Source of the DNA: Vicugna vicugna
Taxonomy: Eukaryota
Assembly: GCA_013265495.1 (NCBI GenBank)
Contig: MU059330.1
Location: forward strand, 7,868,990-7,932,989
DNA: 64,000 bases
Reading direction: 5' to 3'
The notes under the pieces were generated by a model. It ran no database searches. It worked only from the letters and a program-made list of their open reading frames with translations, and had not been told where the DNA came from. Numbering within the stretch: position 1 is the stretch's first letter; each line of letters begins with the position of its first letter. Below, in pieces: positions 47,487 through 60,420 of the stretch. Position numbers and translations under genes: made by a program.

Positions 47487-48929
47487 GTGAATTCAAATCT
47501 AAGCTTTTGGTGCATTCAGGGCTTTTGTGGCTGGTTGGCATTCTGGCCTCGAAAGTGGGTAGCTCTGTTCCAAAACAGTTTTGCCCTTTGCCATAGTAGA
47601 CTCTATGAAGTCAGCCTCTCCCTGCTGCTGGTAACAGCATGGATTCCATCATCAGGGTTCCTGGGACAGCTTTTGGTGATGGAGCAAAACTAACCAGCTT
47701 GTCCTTGGAGTGATTCATGACCTTGACCTATCAACATCACTTCTTGCTGATTGAACTTCACAACCTCGACACTTGTAATTTACAACCTGAAGTCCTCCAT
47801 GAAAAGGTATATGCAGAATTTAGTTCATTAGGTCCTATGGCTTATTTCTATTCCACCAAAGGAAGTTTTTCTGTTAAAAGAAGTAATAATTCTACCCTTT
47901 TTTTGTGTCCCATTGAGTCTCATACGTCAACAGATTTCAAAGCTTTAAAAACAATCTCAAGTTTAGCTTCATATTCGATGTGACTTTTACACTGCTTAGC
48001 TGTGTCCAGCCCTAAAAGCATGGCTTCCGTCTTTCCCTCTGAGACTCACCTTCTGTGTCTCTTTGATGCACTAAAATGCTCTCTCTGGATCAATGGAGAG
48101 TACCTACACTCCAGACATAGAGCTGTGACAGGAAATCAATATGCGGTGTGGACAGTTGAGGAGAACCTTAAATAACGCCTTAAAAGGATCCGCACTCCTC
48201 AGTTCCCCACTCCCCATGCCCGTGGAGACCGCTGGCAGTGTCATACCTGCTAACGCACGTAGTCTTTCTTGGTGTGCAGACATTTTGCTAAACCAGCAGA
48301 TGAAAACTACAGTCAGCATCGCAATTAAAACGGATTTGGATTCACAGATTGCTCTGACACTTTTTTTTTCTCTCCCATACCTATGGTGTGGATATTTTAA
48401 AAAATCCTGAACTTGGTGCTTTGCTTAAGTCACACTGAGACCTAACATGCATCTTATTTTCTTTCTAAAAGCGACACTTAGCAACTTTTACTTGCTGGCA
48501 TCATCTGGTGCCAAGAACAGTGAGAGGATGCAACTAGAGAGAACCAGAGGCCATTTCTTCTGATGTCAAAGAGAAAGAGAGGGCTAAGAGCCCTATTTAT
48601 TAGCTTCTCGTTCTAGCATGAAGTATTATGAAGCTGCCATATGTAAAAGGATCTACAGAAGGGTCACAGGCCAAAGTTCTGCAATTCCCAAGACACTCGG
48701 AGACACCTGTAACAGCCGTAGGTCTGACTCTGGCCAGATACACCAGCTGTGGACTTCTCTTGGTGGAGTACCCCTTGGGTAACACACTCTGAGGTTTTCT
48801 AGAACAAAACTTTTGCTCAGAAACCTGCTTAGGCCCCTGGAGTTAGACAAAAAGAGGCAAGTCTTGGAGGACATACTTTTCACAGTAGTTTTGTAGCTTG
48901 TGTCTGCTAAAACAGCAACAGCAACAACT

Positions 48930-49120
48930 GCGAGACAGACGAGAAGCTCAGAGGGCACTCATGTCGGGCTGAAGCGCGGTAGCTGTGAGAGCTTCCGGGC
49001 TCCGGCTGCCTTGCTTGCAGCTGTGGATGGCGTTGTCAGGCTGCCTGTGGTTTGCAGTAATGCGTCGTCACGACTCAGTCCATGCGCGTTCAGTGCGGGA
49101 ACTAGGTGTGAGACGGAGCC
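48930..49120. promoter_or_regulatory. Short CpG-island-like patch
   Basis: ~15 CpG in ~190 bp; CTTCCGG (ETS-like) and CGTCA/GACTCA (CRE/AP-1-like) cores. Confidence 0.35.
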
Positions 49121-49442
49121 TGGAGATGGTGTGACAGCTCAGAACGTGAGAGGACGTGGAAGAGGGCAGGACAGAGGAGGAGCTGCAGGCATTTGCCACA
49201 TGGAGGAGGGAAGGTGTGGAAGATGACAGGGAGAAAGGGACCTCGACAAAGGTGGCCCTTTGTTAGCTGTAGTTGAAAAGAGACAAGAGCTGTGGATTCT
49301 TTTTTCAGTTGAGGGATTACCACCAGCAGCAAACATTTATGGCTCATAATAATTTAGAGAAGGATGGGCCTCGGTCACACAGGACATTGAAGACAGATCC
49401 TCTGATATTTTTCCTAGGATGTCATGGCCTAATTTAGGCTCT

Positions 49443-50055
49443 AGAGCTGTTCTGATCAGTGTGGCAGCCACTGGCAACATGTGTCTGGTGAGTCCTTGAA
49501 AAGTGGCTGGTGTGAATTGTGTCAAATACATTTTGTATTTCAAAGACCCAATAAGAAAAAATGGCTATTGAATATCTCAATAATTTTTTAAAAATATTGA
49601 TGATCTGTTATAATGATACTATTTAGGGTATATTGGGTTAATAAAGTCCATTATTAAAATTAATTTCACTACAGGCTTCTAGTTGTAACATAAATAAGTC
49701 ATGGGACATAATTAATGGTGAGTATGGTTAATACTGTATTGAATATTTCAAAGTTGCTAAGAGAGTAGATCTTAAAAGTTTTTATCACAAGGGAAAAATA
49801 TTGTAACTGTGTTGTGATGGATGTTAACTATATTTATTGTGGTGAACATGTCACAGTACATACAAATATCAGATCATTATGTTGTCTGCTTGAAACTAAC
49901 ATAATGTTTTATGTCAATTATATCTCAGTAAAATAATGAGATGATAATGTAAGTACAAAATTAATTTCACCAATTTCTCTTTACTTTTTAAATTGGTAGG
50001 AGGAAATTTAAAATCATCCATGTGGTTCACTTTATATTTCTACCAGACAAGGCTG
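49443..50055 (-). mobile_element. MER33 hAT-Charlie element, split by an L1 3' fragment
   Basis: gtggcagccactggcaacatgtg...tattgggttaataaagtccattattaaaattaatttcac / caatttctctttactttttaaa...atgtggttcactttatatttctaccagacaaggctg. Confidence 0.85.
49670..49956 (+). mobile_element. L1MA-type 3' end with 14-bp TSD
   Basis: aaagttgctaagagagtagatcttaaaag...tatgtcaattatatctcagtaaa; TSD AAAATTAATTTCAC at 49656-49669 and 49957-49970. Confidence 0.92.
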
Positions 50056-51193
50056 CTCCAGAGTTATCTAAACAGACTGAGTTAAATCTCTCTTACGCAT
50101 GATCACACTTCAAAATATTTTAAGTCCCCCAGTTTAAAAAATGAACATCCCTAATTCCATCAATTACTCCCTAAATGATCTGGTTCCAGAGGGCTCACCA
50201 GGCATGTCACCCCACTTATCAAACATCCCTTTGTCAATGTCTCTCTTGAAATACGATGCCTGGAATCGAATGCTATGATTCCTGAGCATAGCTGAGAAAG
50301 GACTCGGGAGGAAACGGTCCAAGGCCCTGCAGTCTGCGTGGTACAGACTGAGATTGCTACCCCTCTCGCACGTTAGTGTTAAGTTCAGTCTTTCAGGTGA
50401 CTTCACTGTGAGGTGGGCTGCGGGCTGGCTTGGATCTGATCCTCTGACAGGAGGAAGGCCCTCAGGAAGATGGAAGAAAGAATCACGGTCCCTTTGGTCC
50501 TGGTTACTCATTCTTCCTTCCGTGCATCTGCAGACCTAGCCCCTTCCTCATTCTTACAGCAGTATGACTTGTAGATTCAATTGGACTCCCTCCCACCTAC
50601 TCCCCTTGGGAGAAATGATTCATGTAAAATTTCCCTGGTTATATAAACAAGAGGTGCTGTGTTTTTAACAGCTGGGCTCTGGGAACTTGGAATTCAGGTG
50701 CCTCCAAAGCTGTGCAGGGAAGTTTCCATCTCTCTTCTCTGGGCTTCTGATTGCTCAAGCATCATCTCACATAAGAAGGCTATCCACTCCTGACTCACCC
50801 AAAGCCATGTTTGATCTATAGGTGACATCACTGCTTTAGGTGGATGGAAAATTCAAGCTCTCAAAATGTTCCAGAGGCTTATCTTGGTTTACTTGAGGTG
50901 ACTGGTGGAGTGGTCGGGAACAGGACTGGACATCTGGTTGTTTATTGCACTAAAGTCTAACCATGTCCCATCAAAACTACATCCCACACCCTCTGCTTGA
51001 CCAAGAGCTAGGAGGAGTGGAGATGGGGCAAAGAAAGGAGAGAAACCTGCCCCTGAAGGAGGGAAACAAGAGCAGCCAGTTAAAGAACAATGTTCTCATC
51101 ATTCTCCCTGGGACCACCACTCAGTGAATCACCTGCTCAGTCTTGGGGATTATTTACGAAACTTTAAATAGTTTCATTCGGCCAGTTGAAAGG

Positions 51194-51198
<5 letters not shown>

Positions 51199-51230
<32 letters not shown>
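51199..51230. repeat. (GT)16 microsatellite
   Basis: Read directly. Confidence 0.99.
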
Positions 51231-51232
<2 letters not shown>

Positions 51233-52909
51233 CATCATTTTGGGAAGATAAAGTTAAACTCCTTAACCCTTTAGTTAGAAAAAAATCTTGAAATCTGGTG
51301 TATATATATATTTAATCTTACCCCAAGGAGCTAACACTGTAATCCCTCATTCAGAATCCAGCAAACATTCTGCTGGTTGAGTTCTGTGCAGTGAGTGTCC
51401 AGAAGACATTTCTGCTTACAGACCACCTTGGGCTTTCCCTGCTTCTCCTCCGAGCATCACCTTCTCATCCGGCCCCAGTCACACAGATTATACGTCTCCC
51501 CCAGAGGGCAGTTCCTTTGCAGCCAGCATCTTACTGCACTGTGCATGGTCAGCGCAGAGGCATTATGGGAACCTCTTGGTGGAAGGTACTTGGTGAAGAA
51601 TAACGCTACCTAAACAGAGGGTCATTATTACCAGATTAGCTTCCGTCTCCCAGACGAATTATTTCACAGTCTTGCAGGACGAACTGCGTTTGCCATCTGC
51701 TGACCCAATTACCTAAATGATTCAAACGCTTTTAAACCCGGTCACACTGCTTCTCATTCTCCTTTCTACCCTCCCATTTTAGTGCCAACGGCAGATGTCA
51801 GAGCCCCAGTGTTCAGGTCCTGTCAGAGCCACTCGGTTTTATGATGCCTCATAGCCCTCCTCCAGGTGGCCCAGTGACCATCTTGAACTTGACGGCAGTT
51901 ACGGTCCCGCTTCTTTTCTCATCCAGCCTGTGTCTCCTCTTCTGTATCACCTCCCTCTTGAAAGTTTACATGGGGTCTTTTTGAAAAATCAAAGAAAGCT
52001 GCACAACGCCTGCTTTGTTTCTTCATTAACTCGGTTGAAGGTGGATGCTTTTTGGCTTCTTGGCTATATTGTCTAAAAATTATATTCTGGAAGGTTCACG
52101 TTTGAACTCTTCTGGCTTACGCATTTTTCCATTATTTGCTTCACTTGTCTTCAAAACCTATTCTCTTTCTAGGTTAGTTCTCTTAACAGAATTTTAACTG
52201 TGTATTCTAAATTTCCATGATTTGTTTAATTTACTGATTTGTATGTATATTTATTGCTTAAATCTATCTGAGTTAAGCTTGAAATTGGATGTGGAGGCAA
52301 GGATTCGTAATGTAACCAAAGGAACTTCTGTTTATGCAGGGCAAAGGCAGGTACAGATGGCCCCAGATGCACTGGTATTGGGTTTGCAGGCAATTCACTA
52401 GTTTTGGACATTACCGCGGCCAGGGGTTCTCCTTTTCTTGCAAATATTCTATTTCTTACCCTGCCTTGCTTGTTAGTACAAAATAGTGATTTCAGGTCAA
52501 AGTAAAGCAAATCATTTATGAGTCTATGCTATGCCAGTACGAGATGTCATAACTATGGAAGATGCACACGCAGACATGCACTTCCGCTGTTCTGCTCCCG
52601 TAGTCGGATAGCAATGAGAGCCTTAAATCAGTTCAAGATATCAAAACACTTTGTGATTAATTGGCGAATTCATGGTGCAAACAGTAATTACTGCAGAAAA
52701 TCTGAGAAGAGAGAGATCACTTCAAAAAATTAATTTTTCAAAATGAAAATGTGCTTTTATTATTTTTTATGCCCAGAGACATAATACATACTCATTAGAA
52801 TCAGTGGGAAAAGGTACTGAGAACAGTGGAAAGTCACCTGTAATCTCTACATAGAAATGACCGCTGTTGACTCTTCAGGATATAGACTGCTCGGCTTGTT
52901 TTTTTGTAT

Positions 52910-53396
52910 TGTAATGTTTTAGTTATTATTTGCTTCATTAAGAAACCATCCCCAGACTTAGAAGCTTGACATGCCCACTGTTTATTTAGCTCATGATTCT
53001 TCATTTTGGCAATTGGACTGGGTTCAGCTGGGCATCCGGCACAGGCCAGTCTCAGGTGACCTCACCTGGGCTTCCTCCTTACCTGCAGTCAGCTGGTGGG
53101 TCGGCCTTGACTTGCACAGGTGGGACATCTGGGACCTGTCTTCAGTGGCTTCTGCTCCCTCCAGCAGCCGACCCTGGGCCAGGTCACACGATGGCCTCCG
53201 ATTTCAAGAGGAGCAGAAAGGTAGACTCCAACATGCAGCACTTTTCAAGTCTTTGCTTAGATCACATTTGCTGTGGTCTCACTGGTAAAAGTCAAGTTAA
53301 ACGGCTTAGCCCAGAGTCGGCGTGGAAGGGCCTATCCTGGGCGGCCTGAAGAAACTGGGGGCACACTGCGATCCGTTGTTCACAACTAAATCTACA
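52910..53396 (-). mobile_element. Old MaLR solo LTR (MLT1F/H-like)
   Basis: ccatccccagacttag...atttagctcatgattct...ggactgggttcagctggg...cttttcaagtctttgcttagatcacatttgct. Confidence 0.8.
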
Positions 53397-53441
53397 TTGT
53401 TGTAGTGATTTATCAAAATGAGATCCTACTGTATGTGCATG

Positions 53442-53510
53442 TGTGTTAGCCAGGGTTCTCTAGAGAAACAGAACCAACAGGATGAACATATCTGTGTATC
53501 TGTATCTACA
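53442..53510 (-). mobile_element. MLT2 LTR terminal fragment
   Basis: gtgttagccagggttctctagagaaacagaaccaacagga. Confidence 0.8.
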
Positions 53511-56500
53511 TAATTTTGTTACTAGAAGAGTTGATGACTTATTCCTCTTGGCATTTTCTCTTTAACTACAACCAAGCATAACCTGATTTGAGTCAGTCTT
53601 GTTTACTTCTCCAAAAGCTGCAGCAAGAGCTTAATCTATAAGCACAGGGTAGTCGGATGACCTTTAAAACCTGTCTACTTCACAGCTTACTGTGTCTCCT
53701 ACAGAAAGCAGGTCATTTGAACAAAATTAAAGTATGGTTTGGAGAAGGAGATTTCAACTGACTTTTATTATAATTATTAAAAAAAAAAAAAGCCAGTATC
53801 ACCCAATGACCCTCTGGAACTTCCAGAGTGCTCTGAGCTGATGGCAGGAAGCTGGGGTTTGGGGCGTCTCTGTAGCAAGAAGACGATTTGTCAGAAGGAT
53901 GAGCAGAATGAGGCTCCCCCTCGAGGGCCAGTGGGATCACAGCAGGAACAAAGACAGAGAGCGTGGGGTGGGGGCCCGGGGCCAGTGGGGTGTGAGCTGC
54001 CGCTTGACTCCGTCTTCCCCAGACCTTCAGCTTTCATCCGTCCCTACGGACGCAGGTCTACCTGGGCCACTGGCCGGGACACTTCGGCCTCAGGTGGAGC
54101 ACTCTGATCCAATAAAGGCTTATCTGGAAACTACACTTTCGGTGGGAAGCAAGCACTCTGAAGGGTACACACAAGAAGAAACATGATGCTGTACATGGGA
54201 CAGTTACATAATGTTATAAAATCAATGTTAGCTCAAAGCAAAGCACGCACGATAAAACAAAAACTACACAGACAACAGGGGTGGGCCAGATTTTTGCCTC
54301 TCCCCGGACAAAGCACAGGTGCCCCTGCCTGCTATGAAGGACTCCTCCCTCTCTTAGGAGTCCTTCACCTCACCCACCCAGTTTCCTCCCACCCGCTGGC
54401 ATGCAGGGCCTGCCAGCTCCCTGTGCCTTGTCTTGATCCAGCTCTATGCCTTTGTCTATTTCTGCTCTCTCTGCACGTCTAAGCTGCATCGTCCTTTCAG
54501 AACGAGCCATCCCAAACCTCTTTGAGAATAAAGGAATAAAACAAAGCTCACACCAGGCTGTTTCAACCGATCAGGTGGGAAAATACCATTTTTTTTGTTC
54601 ATTCTTTTAACTTCTGAAGTGCCTACTCTTTTTTTGTGTGTCTTATCAAAAGAGCTCGGAGCTGGTGATCTTGGGAGGGGCAGCGGCCAAGAGGGGCTGG
54701 CAGGTGAGCAAGACACCCCCAGCCTGGCAGGGTCCAAGTTCCCACTGCTGGAGCTGTGCGCATCCCTGACCTAGTGCAAGAAACTGTTCCAAAGGCACCA
54801 TTCCACAGGAAGGAAAATCAATAAGTAATTTCTTTCTCCCATGTAGCTCCATAGGTGACAAGGACAATACACACCCCGCCACAGCTGTGAAGAAATGTGC
54901 TTGGAGTGAAAGGCAGCATCCTGTATGGCTCTCAATGAAAATAAAGACAAATGGGAAAAGCAAAGAAGGCCAGAACAGATAGACATTGATGGGCAGAGAA
55001 CATTTTTCATAGGCATTTAATTTTTGTTCACTGAGGCACTTTTGCATCAGGGCTGGTTGTAGGTGGTGCCATAATTCTATTTACAGATGGTCAACATGGA
55101 CTATTTTTCAAGGTGAAGGGTGAGGCTCGAATCTCTTGAATCTGAATCTATCCCAGGGCGTCCTCCTTATCTTTCCCCGTTTGGAGAGTACTCTGCGGAA
55201 ATTGCACGTTAAGTGATGAAATGTGATTGCGGAGGGGAGAGAATTCCTCCTGAGCTTGGGAAATGGAGCTCACCACAACCGTCATCTATCATTTTTTTGC
55301 TTCCAGAGCATTGCCACTGAAATGGAGCTGATTCAGCTGAGTCTGAGGGAACAGTAGCAACATCAAGTTCAAGAAGCTTAGCGGTTTTGTGGCTGGTACG
55401 GGCTCATGTCTTGGGTGCTTTCTGAAATAAGGATTGGAGACAAAGCTCTTCCTTCTGTTCTTTCAATGAGTGGAAAACTATTTAGTCCTGAAACATTTTT
55501 TTCCCCACTACTTTGGCTAAGGGGTCATTCCAAATAAATGAAGCTAAGTGCCTCAGACATTTTGACACTAGTAAATATTATTTTTCTGGGCAAGCTAGCA
55601 AACTCGTTTTCTTTCTGACTTGCCTTTCCTAGGAGGTGAGGAAATGCAGATGTAACAATACTGCCAATTATATCAAGATGGTGAAGCAAAAGAAAATGTC
55701 TAGAAAGAATTGTTGATCCATTAATAGAATTAATGGTCCCATTATGCCACCTAAAAAGTTTTATTGTCTTCTGTGTACTGAGAAGCATGAAATTACCATG
55801 TAAATAATGTCACGTCTGTGCAAACAATTTACAAGGTGCTCTCCAAATCCAGATTGAGGCTGTCATTTCTCTTCGTTTGTTAACTAGTGTCTTTTCTGAC
55901 GTTTTCTTCCATCTCCTATGAGAACTGTAAGTTGATTCTTCATTGAAACCTCATCCTTATGTGACAGGAATCGGTGTATTTTTAAGGACTGGAGAGAGTA
56001 CCCATCAACACCATTTGGAATTAAGATTCTAGGAGCAAAGACAGCCAGCAGGAGGCTTATATGAATTTCCTCACATTCCTAGCTGGCTTCATAACCCTTT
56101 CAAAGGTAATTTAATTTTCTTTTTGCATTCGCCGAGTTTGTTTTTATGTCTTAATGCTTGTGCGCTGAAGGTTCCTGTGGCCTCCTGGCTTCCAGATTAT
56201 TCTCTATGGACCTCCATTAGACAACTCTGCAGACAGAGGCTGGCAGTGGTGGAAAGGAAGTGATCATTACAGAATCATGACCATCCTGATCCCTAAAGCA
56301 GGCTCCTGCATACATCCAAATCCTGCACGTGGATGCTAAAACTTAATGGTGTTCCTTTCCAGAGAAATGCAGTTTCTGGCATTGGGCGTTTTGGTGTAGG
56401 TATTTGCTATTTTCACACACATATGCACACATACCCGCACACATGCACGCATCACACGCGCACAGAACTTCACTGAGAACTTGTATTAATTAGCAGTGCA

Positions 56501-57919
56501 ACCCCAAACCATTCCAAAGAGTGAGGGAGTACATTCCAAACCCTTGAAATACTTCAAGCAGATGTTTCACGTCATTTCATTGAATTCAGGCCTTGCCGCT
56601 CAGGAATGTGGTTTCTGTAGCTGGCCATTATTTCCAAGGTACCTTTTGTTCTGCATTCAAAGCGTCTCCAACAAGCGCACTATTAATGGTTTCGCGCGGT
56701 GGCATCGTGGGTCTGGCTACCGTGCTGCTCTGTTGGGTACTTGCATTCAGCACCAAACTGATTGCAAACCAGGTTTTAGCATCTCAAGGTTGTGAGGGCT
56801 GGGAACTGTTTTCTCCTGTCACTTGGGTTCGGGCAGAAGAAGAAGATAACAGTCTCCAGCCCTCTTCACCACACTGCATTATTAAAGAGGCTGTTGTGGG
56901 TACGGGCTTCTCCCAGCATGAATGGGGTGTGCGTGAGTGGTGGCAGCAGAGGGGCAAAAGGGCATAAATGCTGACACTTGTGAAGTTGCTAAGATTTGGA
57001 ACTTCCTCTTTGAACATCTAGGTCTCGTGAAGAAGGATCAGGATTCTGCTGGGTGTTTGGATACTTGCTTATTGTCCTTCAATGTGATTTAAAACTCACA
57101 GAAACGATCACACTGCTTACCGCCCGTTCAAGGGCAGCAGTTTCCAGGTGACAAAGTGGCCTGTGTTAAACATACATTTTACATCACGGGTCATGAGACC
57201 TGCCCGGGTAACCCGGTCTACACCTTTCACTTAGGCTGACCCCAGCACCTGTCAGGGGTGTCCTCGAGGGTGAGCTGACGGTGACTTCTCCCTCAGGCTT
57301 CTCCTCACCGATGTGGCTCCACTGGTAGGAACCCTGTAGCCCAGTGAACTCGTACTGAGGACCCGCTCCGGAGTGCTGACAGTACAGACTCCTTGGAATT
57401 ACCTCCACTACTGACACATCCCAGATTGCTCTGGTGTTGACACAACTGTGCAAGCATGGAATGATCTCGAAAGACCACCGTCATGGATTGCATTTGATTT
57501 TACGACAGGTTGTCAGGAAGGTGAAAGCTTCCGGTGTAGTGTCAGTTTCCATCACCGTTGAATCATTTACAAATGTGCTCTCAGCAGGAGTCTTGGGAAC
57601 TGTATGAAAAATGACATTTGCTCACTTCTGCCACGCGATGGTCGCCAGGGATGAGGCGTGTACGTGATGTGACTCCCCCGCCTAGTGACAGGGCACGCGG
57701 GCTTGGAGATCAACCCTCAGGGAAATGCCTCCCCTGTGGCAAGATCACAGAGACACAGTCCTACACCACTCGGTGGTTACTCTATGACTGTTTCAGGAAC
57801 AAGAGTGAATTATAGGGACACAAGATCGTTGCTTTCTGGGAACCCACCGGGGAATTTTTTATTTTAATGTAACATCATAGATCCTCCAATGTAGCCTTTT
57901 AGAAATGGAACCAACCCTC

Positions 57920-58398
57920 TGTGAATGAAAAATATCGCGAGCCATGCTGTGGCCATCAAGTCATCAGCTGCTACCGCTGCCCCCGGCAGTGAGTGGGGGC
58001 ACTCGGCATGCAGACAGCAGGCAGCCCGGCCTCTGCGGCCACCCCTAGCGGTGCCCCCTGAGGGGACTCAGGATGGGAAAGCACAGGACACTGGCCCTAG
58101 AGAGCTAGGTGCACATCAAAGGGATGATTCCCTTGAGCCCAGACCTGTGTACCTTCCCATGTAGAAAAGCGCTAGGTTCCTTAACCTCAGCCATCAGTTT
58201 TCTTTAATTAACAGTAATCTTTTGGTGTTCTGCCTCCTTGGTCTTTGTTATAAAAGCTCCAGTAAATCCCAGCTCCTCCCCCACCTCTTCGGAGCCGTCC
58301 CTCAGAGCTGTCTGAGAGGCTGCCATCCAGGCTGAGTCCTCAGAAAGTCCACCAAACAAACTCTCCACTTTTAGCTGTGCATTTTATTTCAGCCGACA
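57920..58398 (+). mobile_element. ERV solo LTR (479 bp) with perfect 5-bp TSD
   Basis: TGTGAA...CCGACA bounded by CCCTC at 57915-57919 and 58399-58403; TATA-like TATAAAA at ~58249. Confidence 0.9.
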
Positions 58399-58404
58399 CC
58401 CTCG

Positions 58405-58720
58405 TGCATTTATTTCACTTGAGCTGTGCTGACTGCGCCTCGGCTCCACGCCAGGCTCTCTGCAGGCCAGGGGCAGGTCCTGCCCTCACCCTGCTAACGT
58501 TCTAGAGAGGGGAGAGACAGTTAAGAGACAAGACGCGAACAGTCAAATAACCCTTGGCACAAACACTGCGAAGCGAACTAAAGGAGGATTCGGGCTGAGA
58601 AGAGGCGCCCTGCCGAGGATGGGGCCGGGCCAGGGTCCGGAGCAGGAGGCGCGTGAGCAGCGCCAGAGCGGAGCGCCCCAGGAGAAGCGGGCGGTGCTCA
58701 GGGACGAGCGCAGCCCCAAG
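58405..58720 (-). mobile_element. L2 3' relic, unusually CpG-rich
   Basis: ggtcctgccctcaccctgctaacgttctagagaggggagagacag follows the antisense L2 3' consensus. Confidence 0.6.
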
Positions 58721-59918
58721 GGAGGCGCACACCTGGCTTCTCAGCTAATTCCACTTCCACAGTCACAGTCTGCAGTGAACAGAGCTGCCTCTCTGTCACC
58801 AGCTCACAGGCAGCCTTTGGAGAAGTGCCCCCAAAGCTTCAAAACTGGACTTCAGGCTTCCTCGCCCTGCTTGTGCACAAAATTGGAAATGAGAGAAATT
58901 CTGTCTCAGTTTCTTTTAAAATTAAAGAAGCCCCCCCCCCTAAAAAAAAAGAAAAGAAAGAAAGAAAGAAAAGAAATCACACCATGTCACACGGATCCTG
59001 GTCTCTAGGCCCAGATGTGACCTGAGCTTGGGCGGGGGGGTGAGACAAGTCTTGAGACTTCCCGGGTCATTCTTCTCTGTAAATGGGGGAGTTGGGGGAA
59101 CGGGCATTAGGTCCCCAAGGGTTGTGTCATCTCCCCTCGTGAGCCCTGTGTCTCCCTCCATGTGAGTCTCCCTCCCGTGAGTCCATGCAGATGGCTCCAT
59201 GTGAACCATGTGCAATTTCCTGTGTGCCTGCACACGCTCCATTCTCGCCAGCCTGCGCGCCCTGTCAGTGTGAACTCCTGCACATCCTCTCTTGTCATCT
59301 CCAGTGTGTGACTCACTACCTCCAGGACGCTCGTGGGGCCTCTCTGTATTTAAGGCCACATCCCCGCTTGGGAGCTCACCACGCTTTCCTCCTGCAGACC
59401 TGTGCACAGTCTTACCTTGCAAAGCCTGAAATGATCACGTTGTTGGGACCCAAGGCCTGCAGGGACTGGGAGGATGTGCACTGCCTTTAACAGTGGGCTT
59501 TGTCCGGGAATTTCATCCTGGTGGGAGAGCGCAGGGCCTGAAGACGAGGGATTAACTACAGGGTCATCTGTGGGCAGTGCATTCCTGGGCCCTGACCTGG
59601 GCCCTCAGTGGTGTGTGGCAACCAGACTTCTATTGGCTCCTGGTGGCTTCGGTGCTGGTCCTGCCCAGCTCAGCGAGGCCATGTGACCACTGACTACAGG
59701 AGGGGAGCCACTTGGAAAGGGGAGGTTGGTCCTGTGATCCGTCCGGTTCCCCCTGACCTGGCACATCATGGGCCTTCACTCAGTCTCTCTGCTGAGAGAT
59801 GCCCTGAGCCAGCCACACCTGACACATCCCTGGGGTGTGCTTCAGCAGAGCATGGTGTCTGCTGAACAGGGACAGGTGCCTGGAGGTTAGTTATGTCTCC
59901 CAAACTTTCCTACTCGTT

Positions 59919-60150
59919 TGTAGTGGAAGCTAGTCTCAAACCAAACCAGTTACCTCCAGAAAGCAGCGGAGAACAGCTCACACAGAGGAGTGTAAACCTG
60001 GAAAGCCCAGCTCTCTGTCCCTCCACATGAGTCCTGAACGCCACGCAGGGAAGGCTCAGTTCCTACAAGAACTACAAGGAAATTAATTTGTGTTGTTTTA
60101 AGCCACTGTGTTTGTGGCAATTTGTTCCGGCAGCCATGGGAATGAGCACA
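59919..60150 (+). mobile_element. MaLR LTR fragment (MLT1D/E-like 3' part)
   Basis: cagttcctacaagaactacaaggaaattaatttgtgttgttttaagccactgtgtttgtggcaatttgtt. Confidence 0.75.
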
Positions 60151-60401
60151 GGCGCCAGCAGAAGAGTTGGAGTCACACGTGGGGATGGGTGACGCCCCCT
60201 GGGCTCAGGGGAGAAGAAGGGTGGAGCTGGAGTGGGGTCTGTGGGCCCTGAGAGTGGAGGAGGCTGCACCTGCCCGCAGCAGTGCCCCAGGGGAGGGGGC
60301 CAGGCTGTAGAGGGGAGCAGCTGCAAGGATGGGGTCTCCACAGTTGGGACCCTGGGCTACCCTGGCCCACAAGCAGAGACCTGAGACCGGAAGGTGTCTC
60401 A

Positions 60402-60420
60402 CAGCGCCCTCTGCTGGACA
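60402..60420 (-). promoter_or_regulatory. CTCF-binding motif
   Basis: Minus strand TGTCCAGCAGAGGGCGCTG; core CCAGCAGAGGGCGC fits consensus CCASYAGRKGGCRS at every position. Confidence 0.65.

Noticed and set aside
57184-57493. GC-rich minus-strand ORFs (89 and 62 aa)
   Set aside because: All three frames checked; no recognisable protein and no convincing splice-site pair.
35395-58440. Identical 13-mer GCTGACTGCGCCT at 35395 and 58428, both next to CpG patches
   Set aside because: Many exact 13-mer repeats are expected by chance in 64 kb; no extension into the flanks.
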